Shown piece after piece: positions 54,530-64,000 of a stretch of DNA of 64,000 nucleotides (positions are counted from its first letter, which is position 1; each line of letters begins with the position of its first letter). The notes beneath the pieces are model-generated. The model saw only the letters and a list, made by a program, of their open reading frames with translations, made no database searches and had not been told where the DNA came from. Made by a program: the position numbers and the translations under genes. The stretch is from Escherichia coli (GTDB lineage Bacteria; Pseudomonadota; Gammaproteobacteria; Enterobacterales; Enterobacteriaceae): NCBI RefSeq assembly GCF_024223415.1, contig NZ_CP100500.1, one strand, 5' to 3'.

Positions 54530-56350
54530 CTACTCTCCCTGTTGTCTGGCTGACGGCAGTTTGGCCGCTTTATTAACGTCATACCACCAGGTATCGATAC
54601 CCAGGCTGTAAACAGGGCGTACAGCGGGTTGGGAGAATTTATCCCACCAGGCGAGACGGTCTTCCGCCATGTACCACATTGGCAGCATGTAATAATTCCA
54701 CGTTAATACGCGATCCAGTGCTCGCCCCAACGGCAGTAATTTTTCTTTATTTCCCTGCGCGGCAATAATTTGGTTGATCAGCGAGTCGATAACCGGGCTT
54801 TGCACGCCGGGGGCATTATAAGTGGAATTGATATATTCCGATGACCAGGAAATCTGTAAATCGGAACTGGGCCACGGCATCGCCCGCCATACGCGCGGCA
54901 TCATGTCATAGTCGCGATTGCGCATGCGGTTGGTGATTTGCGAGTTATCCACCTTGCGAATGTCCATGTTGATACCCAGCCGTTGCAGGCTGTACTGGAA
55001 CGGCAATACCCACTGACTATTGCTGCTTGCAGGAAGCAATAATTCAAAGCTGAGCGGCTGACCCGTAGTGGCATTAACGCGTTGCTGACCTTTCAGCACC
55101 CAGCCTGCTTCGTTAAGAAGTTTGTCGGCTTTTAACAGGTTGTCACGATCGTAGCCATCGCCTTTAGATACCGGCGGCTGGTAGATTTGTGTGAAGACTT
55201 CTGACGGTAGATCTTTTTTCATTGGTGCCAGAAGCACCAGCTCCGCGGCGTCGGGGTAATTTCTGGCCGCGTATTCGGTATTCTGAAAATAACTGTTCGT
55301 GCGACTCCAGGCATTGTAAAACAACGCCTTGTTCATCCATTCAAAGTCAAAGGCGAGGGTGATTGCTTCCCGGACCCGGCGATCGCTGAATACCAGACGT
55401 TGGATATTAAACGCCAGCCAGCGCGTATCCTGGGCTGATTCGTTCTTTTGCTCATCTTTGATGATGTATTTTTTATCGAAATTTTTACCGGTATAACGCG
55501 TGGCCCAGTTTTTAGCGTCGTTTTCCATACGCAAATCAAAAGCACCTGCTTTAAACGCTTCAAAGGCGACATTATCATCGAGGTAATAATCGTAGCGAAT
55601 GGTGTCGAAATTCCAGCGTCCACGGTTTACCGGTAAGTTTGCTGCCCAGTAATCTTTCACGCGGGAATAGACAATATTTTGCCCCATTTTCCAGGACGTA
55701 ATTCGGTACGGACCACTGGCAAGCGGAGGCGTGGCGAGCGGATCGCTAAGTTTGTGATCCTTCCAGTACTTTTCTGGAAATACCGGCAGCGAAAACAGAC
55801 TCAACATATCTTCTTTGCCGGGTTTAGCTAACTCAATGCGCACGGTTAACGGCGCAATGGCTTTGACGGTGGTGCCTTTGTAGACCAGACGAAATTGCGG
55901 CACGCCTTCGGTCATAAATTTTTGAAAAGTAAACTCTACATCGCGGGCAGTAATGGGCGAACCATCATGAAAACGGGCGCGCGGATTAATAGCGACCTCC
56001 ACCCAGGAATAATCGTCAGCATAGCGTGCACTTTCAGCAATCAGCGGGTAATAACTGCCTGGTTCGTCATCGGAAGTCGTAAATAGCGTGTCGTACAGCT
56101 GCTCGGTGCGTGCGCCCGGGTTGCCGCGCAGTGCATAGCGGTTGAAATTATCGAAGGTACCGAGGGCTGACAACGTTATCTGCCCACCTTTTGGCGCGGC
56201 GGGGTTCACATAATCAAAATGGTTGAAATTAAACGCGTACCGGGGTTCGCCCAGCACGGCAAAGACATAGCTTTCCTTGATAGCCTGCGCCTGCGCACCA
56301 AAGGTGAACAGAGCGATAAACAGCAGCAGTATGCGCACAATCATCTGCAA
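54530..56350 (-). CDS. yejA: Periplasmic substrate-binding protein YejA
   Basis: 606-aa ORF with signal peptide (start may be 2 codons downstream). Confidence 0.9.
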
Positions 56351-56425
56351 CGGATTTCCTTTTACTCATCATTAGCCGCAATCCGGCATGCTTTCACTAT
56401 GAATAATAAGGGACGTAAGCACACC

Positions 56426-57982
56426 TTACCACTGCGGCGTATACGGTTTCTTCAGCCAGCGGACAAAATCGTCCAGCGGTAACGGGCGACTAATCCAGTA
56501 GCCTTGCATGAAATTAACGCCGCGTTCGCTTAGCCATCGCGCCTGTTCCGGCGTTTCGACCCCTTCAGCAACCGTCAGCATATTGAGGCGTTTCGCCAGC
56601 GTCAGCACCGCGTCAAGTACGGGGGAAGTGATCGTTTCCGTACCGATGGCGTTGATAAATCCACGGTCAATTTTCAGATAATCGAGCGTAAAACGCTCAA
56701 GATAGATAAGCGCGCTGTGCCCGGTGCCGAAGTCATCAATAGCAATTTCTATGCCGACCGAGTGCAGCCAGGCGAAGAGTTGTGTGGCTTCTTGCTCTTT
56801 CAGCATATCGCGCTCGGTAATTTCCAGCACAATCTGGAAATGGTGTGCGGGTAGGGAAGTGAGCAGTTTCTGGATATCTGCTTTAAAGCTTTCGCTGTGC
56901 AGATGGTCCGGCGCAATGTTAATGCCAAATTTGACGCCTACCGGCAGAACTTTTTCTAATTCTGCGGCATCGCGGGCAATTAACTCAAACAGGTGCTGAG
57001 TCAGCGGCACAATCATCTTTTGCGATTCGGCAAAGTTAATGAAGGCATCCGGGGGAATTTCTCCCGCGACAGGATGCCGCCAGCGTAGCAGTACTTCCAG
57101 GCCCGTTACTCGCAAAGCTTGTGTATCCACCACCGGTTGATACGCCACGTAAAATTGTTCGCGCTTGATGGCGGTCATGATTTCTCTGCCGGGGCGCATA
57201 CGTACGCTCATCAGGTAATAGCAGAGCAGGCCAACGACAGTTCCACTCATGCCGCCCAGTAAAAATGCGTACCACACATCGTTCCATGTCCAGTCATCTG
57301 CATAAAGCCGAACGGTCAGAGGAATGCCCGCAATTTTAGTTTCACGGACTGGCATGTCGGTTAATTCGTTAACGTTCATCAAACGTGAAGAAAAGGTAGA
57401 TAGCGCAGTATTGCCAATAATGAGGGCGACGCCATCGTAATCTTCCTGCCGTGAACTATAAAAGAGTGAAGGCGTCAGGTTGAGATTCAGAGCGGCAAAG
57501 ACGCCGCTATTTTTCAGCAAAGGGTTGCGATACCAGATGACGATTGCGGGTTTGTTCGGCACCATCGGCGTGCCGGGTAAGATCGCCATATCGACATTTT
57601 TATTAATGTCGAGCGCCGGAATCAATTCATTGAGTGGAATGTCCATCTCACCGGTCGCAGATGAACAGAATGTTTTTTTATCTTTCACCAGCACAAACGT
57701 ACGGACATTCATGCTAAACGCCGCGCGGGCGGTCAGTTCGGGGTTAGCCTGCTGGCAGGTATCTAAGGTCAGCGGCTGAAGCCGGTCAGTAGTGGATTTC
57801 AGGTCGGCAAAATAGGTATCGAGATACTTTTGTACGTCGGTAATCAGTGTGTCGTATTTGACTTCGTGCTTATGCCAGGCCACCAAAAACTGAAGGCAGC
57901 TCACCAGTATCGCAATCATCACGCCTGCAACAATGCAGGTAAGCAGGAGCTTACGTCCAGAATTGGGAGCGCGTATGAACAT
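56426..57982 (-). CDS. pdeN: Cyclic-di-GMP phosphodiesterase PdeN (Rtn), EAL domain
   Basis: 518 aa, N-terminal TM/periplasmic region and C-terminal EAL domain. Confidence 0.85.
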   Translation of the reverse strand: MFIRAPNSGRKLLLTCIVAGVMIAILVSCLQFLVAWHKHEVKYDTLITDVQKYLDTYFADLKSTTDRLQPLTLDTCQQANPELTARAAFSMNVRTFVLVKDKKTFCSSATGEMDIPLNELIPALDINKNVDMAILPGTPMVPNKPAIVIWYRNPLLKNSGVFAALNLNLTPSLFYSSRQEDYDGVALIIGNTALSTFSSRLMNVNELTDMPVRETKIAGIPLTVRLYADDWTWNDVWYAFLLGGMSGTVVGLLCYYLMSVRMRPGREIMTAIKREQFYVAYQPVVDTQALRVTGLEVLLRWRHPVAGEIPPDAFINFAESQKMIVPLTQHLFELIARDAAELEKVLPVGVKFGINIAPDHLHSESFKADIQKLLTSLPAHHFQIVLEITERDMLKEQEATQLFAWLHSVGIEIAIDDFGTGHSALIYLERFTLDYLKIDRGFINAIGTETITSPVLDAVLTLAKRLNMLTVAEGVETPEQARWLSERGVNFMQGYWISRPLPLDDFVRWLKKPYTPQW

Positions 57983-58085
57983 GATTCCGTTAATTTCCTG
58001 AAATTACGACAACATTTAAAAGATAACAATGACCGGACTATAGCCTGGATCAAGACGCGGAAACATCATTTTCTCTGATGAATGA

Positions 58086-58116
58086 AAACAAAAAAGCACT
58101 GCCTAAGCAGTGCTTT
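58086..58116 (-). terminator. Terminator after mepS
   Basis: Hairpin aagcactgcctaagcagtgctt followed by a T-run on the minus strand. Confidence 0.55.
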
Positions 58117-58162
58117 CAGTTAACTCGTCAGGATAGCCAAGGGATTGCATCCAAACGGTTTA

Positions 58163-58729
58163 TTAGCTGCGGCTGAGAACCCGGCGTGCTTCGTTGTAAC
58201 GCTTCTTCCAGTACGGTTCATTCATGCTGGAAATAATAACACCACTGCTGGTGGAAGCATGGACAAACTGATTGTTGCCGATATAAATACCGACATGGCG
58301 TCCCGTTGAACCGGCACGGAACAGAACTAAATCACCCGTACGCAAATTACTGCGGGAAACAGATTTACCCATTTCCTGCTGTTCGTAAGTCGAACGCGGA
58401 AGTTCTAAGCCAAATTGCTCACGGAATGTACGCTGTACGAAACCAGAACAATCGATACCTTTTTTAGTGCTGCCGCCCAGACGATAACGTACGCCTTTCC
58501 AGTCAGCATACTGATCCATAATTCGCGATTTTACGTCGACATTACGAACCAGGTTTTCAAATTCATCCTGAGAAGCTTGCAGTGATGATGTTTCACTACC
58601 CACTGCACGTGTCTCAGGATGCATATTCTTTGCGGTGTTATTTGCACTACATGCAGAAAGCAGAACCGCTACTGCAATCGCGGGGATCCCGCGCAAGATA
58701 TATCTCAAAATCGGTTGAGATTTGACCAT
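58163..58729 (-). CDS. mepS: Murein DD-endopeptidase MepS (Spr), NlpC/P60 lipoprotein
   Basis: 188 aa, lipobox LLSAC, NlpC/P60 Cys and His motifs. Confidence 0.9.
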
Positions 58730-59140
58730 GTTGTTTGTTTTCCCTTGAAGTCCTTAACGACAAATATCGTTATAAAAAAATGCCAAGCGACACGAGACTA
58801 ATTACCTGGGCATGTTGAAACAATTCCTTAAGGCCAAATCTGTGGACTAACGCACAAAATTATATGCTGTGAGGATAATCTACCGCCGAGGCAAAACGAG
58901 TTCGAGATTACCCGATTGGTGCGGTCTTGGCGAGCGGTTTTACATGATTTTTTATAAGAAAAAGTGATACAGAAAGTTAATAAGCGGGATTGGTCAATTA
59001 AAGTACGATTGAGTGAAACGCATGCAATCCATTCATTTACTTAGAGAATGATTTTTGCTTTCGATGGATGAAAGCACGGTGCGCATCATCAGGATTATCC
59101 TCACTATAAAAATAAACCTGATGATGTTAATTACTGTGAG

Positions 59141-59854
59141 TTATTTGTTTTGGAAATGTTTGTTTTTTCCCGGTAGTGATTTGTCAAAAAAGGTGATTAA
59201 TCGATCACTTAATGGCGTCAGCAACACCCAGGGCAAACCGATCAATATCACGGTCATCGAACCGACAATGATGTCAGTAAACCAGTGTGCGCCAATCATT
59301 ACTCTGGGAAACGCAAAAACCACAAAAATAATAAGGGCGATAAGACCTGCAACTTTGCCGAAATAACGCCACATGAATGCCGAAAAAATAAGCAGCATCA
59401 TGCCGTGATCGCCGGGAAAGCTATCTCGTGAGGCATCTTTCGTGGGGACAGAGAGCAGTTCGCTGACGCAGTTAATATCGGTAAAAGTCAATGTTGGGCT
59501 GGCCCGTTTTACAGGAATTAATGCCTGACCCAGCTGGTTTAATACCACTGCAGTTAATAGCATGACCAGACCAATAATCACGATACGTCGTCTGCCTGGG
59601 GCGTTTTCTTTCAGCCAGAAACTCAGCATCAACATTCCCATCGCCAGCAGTGAACAACCGTCGAAAGCGCGATTGTTGGTCAATGCAACCAGCCACAAAA
59701 AGGCCTTACTTTCGACCAGTTTCTGATTAAAGAAATAAAAAATATCCGCATCAATCGGCAACCAGAATCCATGATTAACGGGAATATACCAGGAAAGAAA
59801 CAGCGCGAGGCCGACAATATTCAACAACACTATTTGCGGCAAATTTTTAATCAT
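59141..59854 (-). CDS. lpxT: Lipid A 1-diphosphate synthase LpxT (YeiU)
   Basis: ORF 59141-59890; probable start MIKNLPQIVLL (237 aa); PAP2 membrane protein. Confidence 0.85.
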   Translation of the reverse strand: MIKNLPQIVLLNIVGLALFLSWYIPVNHGFWLPIDADIFYFFNQKLVESKAFLWLVALTNNRAFDGCSLLAMGMLMLSFWLKENAPGRRRIVIIGLVMLLTAVVLNQLGQALIPVKRASPTLTFTDINCVSELLSVPTKDASRDSFPGDHGMMLLIFSAFMWRYFGKVAGLIALIIFVVFAFPRVMIGAHWFTDIIVGSMTVILIGLPWVLLTPLSDRLITFFDKSLPGKNKHFQNK

Positions 59855-59892
59855 ATTTTCTCTAATTATCTTACTGAAAAACGCAGGCAACC

Positions 59893-60879
59893 TTACGCGG
59901 TAGTCGCTAAACGAAGCTTCAACAGCGCGCTCTGCAAGGCATTCCAGTCAGCTTCGCTGCTGGAAATCAGCTCAATACGGCTGTCCGGTGGCGCAACGTT
60001 TTGCGTTTCAATGTGCAGGTCATCGCCCTGACGGTTGATTCGCACCAGCCCTTCGGGAATACGCAGCACGCCTTTGACGCGTTCCACCGGTGCAAGTCGC
60101 GCCCATTCCAGAATGCCAATGGTGTCGAATACCGTATCAGCGTCGAATATCCAGCCGCAGGCCTGATGTCCTTGTCCACTGTTCAGACTGCGACGCCAGC
60201 GTTGATGCTCTGGCAGGCTTAACGCTGCTAACCCTTTTTTCACGACATGCTGATGAGAATGCGCGGCGCTGGCGGGCAACTCGGCTAAATTGCGACGCGG
60301 CAAATCCAGAAGATGACCGTCAACTTTCCCATGCTCACTGTGAATTAATTGCCGATCGCCACCATTTTGCTGCCACCAGCGCTGTAGCGCTTGCTCGCTT
60401 TCAGGTGTCGCACGGTCGGATTTATTGGCGACAATGATGTCTGCGGCAGCCAGCTGGTCACGGAAGTTTTCATTGCTGGCGCTTTTTTCGGCCAGCAGCA
60501 GGCGTGGATCGAGAATGCACAACGTGGCGCGTAGATCTATCCACGGTTCATAGACTGGTGCGGTTAACAGATCGAGGATCTGTTTCGGATGGCCCAGCCC
60601 AGTCGGCTCTATCAACAAGCGGTCTGGTTTTCCCTGACGCAGTAAGGTATTCAACCCTACCTGCATGGGTAAACCATTAACGCAGCACATGCAGCCGCCG
60701 GGGATCTCTTTCAGCAATGCGCCGCTATCGGCGAGCAAAGCACCATCAATTCCGACTTCCCCAAATTCATTAACCAGTACCGCCCATTTTTCGTTGGGAT
60801 CTTTATGGGCTAACAGATGAAGAATCGACGTGGTTTTCCCGCTGCCGAGAAAACCGGTGATGAGGTTGGTCCTGGTCAC
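59893..60879 (-). CDS. yeiR: Zinc-binding GTPase YeiR (CobW/COG0523)
   Basis: 328 aa, P-loop GFLGSGKTT and CxCC metal-binding motif. Confidence 0.9.
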   Translation of the reverse strand: MTRTNLITGFLGSGKTTSILHLLAHKDPNEKWAVLVNEFGEVGIDGALLADSGALLKEIPGGCMCCVNGLPMQVGLNTLLRQGKPDRLLIEPTGLGHPKQILDLLTAPVYEPWIDLRATLCILDPRLLLAEKSASNENFRDQLAAADIIVANKSDRATPESEQALQRWWQQNGGDRQLIHSEHGKVDGHLLDLPRRNLAELPASAAHSHQHVVKKGLAALSLPEHQRWRRSLNSGQGHQACGWIFDADTVFDTIGILEWARLAPVERVKGVLRIPEGLVRINRQGDDLHIETQNVAPPDSRIELISSSEADWNALQSALLKLRLATTA

Positions 60880-60996
60880 AACGGCTCCGCAATACTCTGG
60901 TAAGTTAACTGAGCGTTAATCCTGGCTAAAAACGGCAGAAAAGAGAAGGGGAGAGCGGACGAAGGCGAGTTTCATCCGCTTTAACCGCAGAAATCG

Positions 60997-62472
60997 TTAA
61001 ATTTTGAGGGTGTTTAATAGCGCCTGATGTGCGCCGAATTGTACGATTTGTTGCCAGGCTTGTTCGATGGCCTGCACAAAATGCGGGTTATCTGGCAGAT
61101 CATCACCGAAAACTTCACGCAGGGAAAGCAGGGCGGTGACGCGTTGTTCACTGCTGCTGCCCGCAACAAGTTCGCGAATTTTATCGCTAAGCGGATCGCG
61201 AACATCAATGGCATTTCCGGCATCATCAACGCCGCTGACGTAACGCATCCAGCCTGCAACGCCTAATGCCAGCAACGACCAGTCCGTTTCGCGCCCCAGA
61301 TGTATGCGAATACCTGCCAGCATGCGTTGCGGTAATTTCTGGCTGCCATCCATCGCGATTTGCCAGGTCTTATGTTTCAGCGCCGGATTAGCAAAACGTG
61401 CAATTAACTTATCCGAATATTGTGTTAAATCGACATCTTTAATCCGCAGTGTCGGCGCTTGCTCATCCAGCATTAATGTTCTGGCAGCATGGCGAAATGC
61501 GCGATCCTGCATGCAATCACTGATATGGGCGAATCCTGAGAGGTAACCCAGATAAGCGAGAAAAGAGTGGCTGCCATTAAGCATACGCAGTTTCATCTCT
61601 TCCCATGGCAGGACATCATTCACCATTTGTACACCTGCGACTTCCCAGGCAGGACGCCCAGCGACGAAGTTATCTTCCACCACCCACTGGATAAACGGTT
61701 CGCAGCTAATCGCGCAGGGATCATTTACCCCCAGATGCTGGCTGATTTCTGCCAGTGATTCGTCGGTTGCAGCCGGAACAATGCGGTCGACCATGGTTCC
61801 CGGAAAACTGACGTGTTCTTTTATCCACCCGGCGAGTTCTGGCGAACGTTTTTCTGCCATTCCCAGCACCGCGTTTTTCACCACATGGCCATTGTCGGGA
61901 ATATTGTCGCAGGAGAGCACGGTAAACGGTGTAAGGCCGCGCTCACGGCGGCGTTTCAGTGCTTCGACGAGAATACCCGGTGCGGAGTGAGGTTCTTCAG
62001 GGGTTTGTAGATCGTGAATAATCCGCGGATTGCTGGTGTCGAGTGCACCGGTGGCCGGGTCAATACAATAGCCTTTTTCGGTAATCGTCAGGGAAACAAT
62101 TGCCACCTGTGGCTCGCAAAATTTCTCAATAATTGCCGCTAAGGAATCCAGTTTTGCATTCAGGCATTCGTGAACGGCACCGACAATTATCGCCTGATTG
62201 CCGTCCGCCCCTTTCTCCAGCACGGTATATAAATGGTTCTGTGCGCGGAGCTGGCTCATCAGTTGATCACCGCTGAACAAGCTGATTTCACAGATCCCCC
62301 AGTCGCCGCCCTGGGCATTCAGCACACGATCGGTCAGTAACGCCTGATGTGCGCGGTGAAAGGCTCCAAAGCCAAAATGAACGATACGTGATTGCAACTG
62401 CTGGCGATCGTAGCGTGGAGCGTGTACATGATGCGGGAGCGTAACGGAGGCGATTGTATTCATAGGAGTCAC
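60997..62472 (-). CDS. yeiQ: Mannitol dehydrogenase-family oxidoreductase YeiQ
   Basis: 491 aa, NAD-binding Rossmann N-terminus. Confidence 0.85.
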   Translation of the reverse strand: MTPMNTIASVTLPHHVHAPRYDRQQLQSRIVHFGFGAFHRAHQALLTDRVLNAQGGDWGICEISLFSGDQLMSQLRAQNHLYTVLEKGADGNQAIIVGAVHECLNAKLDSLAAIIEKFCEPQVAIVSLTITEKGYCIDPATGALDTSNPRIIHDLQTPEEPHSAPGILVEALKRRRERGLTPFTVLSCDNIPDNGHVVKNAVLGMAEKRSPELAGWIKEHVSFPGTMVDRIVPAATDESLAEISQHLGVNDPCAISCEPFIQWVVEDNFVAGRPAWEVAGVQMVNDVLPWEEMKLRMLNGSHSFLAYLGYLSGFAHISDCMQDRAFRHAARTLMLDEQAPTLRIKDVDLTQYSDKLIARFANPALKHKTWQIAMDGSQKLPQRMLAGIRIHLGRETDWSLLALGVAGWMRYVSGVDDAGNAIDVRDPLSDKIRELVAGSSSEQRVTALLSLREVFGDDLPDNPHFVQAIEQAWQQIVQFGAHQALLNTLKI

Positions 62473-62685
62473 GTCTTAGTAACGATTAATTAACAATGAC
62501 AGTGTAAAGTTATATGACAGCAATTGAAATTGGTCTGGATTGTTAATGCGATGAAGTGTGAGGGCGATCAATCAACGAGTGAAAATTGAGGGCGTAAGGT
62601 GTTCAGGAAGCGCAAAATAGAAGATTGGTATAATAAATTAAAAAAGGGACAGCCTGAGCTATCCCTTTTCTGCATGCGGCTGAAG

Positions 62686-63258
62686 TTAGTCAGCACGCCC
62701 CATATAACGGCGTTCTTCGATATGGATACGAATTTTTTCGCCCGGGCTTAAATATTCTGGTACCTGAATCACCAGACCAGTGCTCAATGTCGCCGGTTTG
62801 TTACGGGCGCTTGCAGATGCCCCTTTGATGCCTGGTGCGGTTTCAACGATTTCCAGATCAACGGTCTGCGGCAGCTCAAGCGCCAGCAGTTGACCGTCCC
62901 AGGTCAGCACCTGCATGTCCGGCATGCCGCCCTCTGGCATAAACAGCAACTCTTCTTCAATCTGATCTTTGGTGAAGGTATACGGGGTATAGTCTTCTTT
63001 ATCCATAAAGACATATTCGTTGCCATCGACATAGGAGAAGTCAACGTAACGGCGGGTCAGCGTCACGGTGTCAACGATATCATCACCTTTGAAACGCTCT
63101 TCTACTTTCAGCCCGGTACGGACATCAGAAAAACGCATTTTGTACAGCGTAGCGGCACCGCGGGCAGTGGGCGACTGAATATCAATGTCCTTAACCAGCA
63201 GCAGTTTGCCGTTGTAATTCAGTACCATACCTTTTTTAATTTCGTTCGCTCTTGGCAT
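62686..63258 (-). CDS. yeiP: Elongation factor P-like protein YeiP
   Basis: ORF 62686-63513; probable start [13 protein letters not shown] (190 aa); EF-P fold. Confidence 0.85.
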
Positions 63259-63412
63259 CGAAAAATTCCTGTAGTCGAAAATGTCAAAAATATCGCGACA
63301 AAGTACTCGCGACGGGCCTTTCGGGCAAGTGGTATTCGCACTTTTGCTGGTGCAAAAAAGGTGGTACTGTGCGCGCTCATCAATCCGGTGGTTAACCTTA
63401 AGAGAACAACGT

Positions 63413-63667
63413 ATGGAATGCCGTCCGGGTTGCGGGGCGTGTTGCACTGCCCCTTCAATTTCCAGCCCTATTCCCGGTATGCCTGATGGCAAGCCCGCCA
63501 ATACTCCCTGCATTCAGCTTGATGAACAGCAACGCTGTAAAATTTTCACCTCGCCACTGCGGCCGAAAGTCTGTGCAGGCTTACAAGCCAGCGCTGAAAT
63601 GTGCGGTAACTCGCGTCAGCAGGCAATGACCTGGCTTATCGATCTGGAAATGCTGACCGCGCCTTAA
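63413..63667 (+). CDS. yeiW: YeiW (UPF0153 Cys-rich protein)
   Basis: ORF 63281-63667; probable start [11 protein letters not shown] (84 aa). Confidence 0.75.
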
Positions 63668-64000
63668 ACATCTTTAATCCGCAGTAAGCAAAACAGAGTG
63701 GCGATAATCATCACCATCGCAAACCAGAACACAGCGTGATAATTCCAGATCTCGGCGACGATGCCCGCCACTGATCCTGCGATGATCCAGCCCACGCGCG
63801 ACGTGTTGGTATAGAGCGTGGTGGCTGAACCCGCTTGACCGGGCATCAGATCCTGAAAATAGAGCATCCCGATGCCGCCCAGAATGCCAATAAAAATAGC
63901 ATTTAGCAGCTGCAAGCCCAACAGAATGGCAGGTGAATGCGCCATCAGCATTCCTGCGTAAAAACAGACGCCACCCACGGCAGCAACGCGCATTAAGAAA
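63664..64000 (-). CDS. setB: Sugar efflux transporter SetB, C-terminal fragment (5' end lies beyond the window)
   Basis: MFS C-terminal TM helices; frame runs to the window edge. Confidence 0.7.

Noticed and set aside
59055-59366. 103-aa plus-strand ORF overlapping the lpxT 3' region
   Set aside because: Overlaps lpxT on the opposite strand and the AT-rich mepS-lpxT spacer; hydrophobic low-complexity translation; likely spurious.

Overview
This window is an Escherichia coli chromosomal segment, in reverse orientation relative to the K-12 map, running rcsC-rcsB-rcsD, micF/ompC, apbE-ada-alkB-yojI-mqo, eco, napFDAGHBC, ccmABCDEFGH, narP, yejO, tRNA-Pro (proL), yejM through setB. Gene identities were recognised from the translated ORFs and from recalled gene order; nothing was searched against a database. 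Two accessory insertions stand out. (1) A 1432-bp IS3-family element (IS1397-like) sits inside a tandem REP/BIME array between mqo and eco. (2) An ~11.2-kb phage-satellite (PICI-like) island is integrated at the 3' end of tRNA-Pro, at about 31184-42419. It carries a P4-type integrase, AlpA, an Icd-like start, a primase/helicase with an adjacent iteron-type origin, SSB, a PerC-like regulator, a FinO/ProQ-domain protein, and its own lambda gpE-like capsid and gpD-like decoration genes. It encodes no portal, protease or terminase. Most unusual is a pair of lambda-like cos sites in inverted, convergent orientation around a ~450-bp AT-rich spacer; each cos is followed by a different repeat motif. 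The alpA-primase interval has overlapping reading frames on both strands that I could not resolve.
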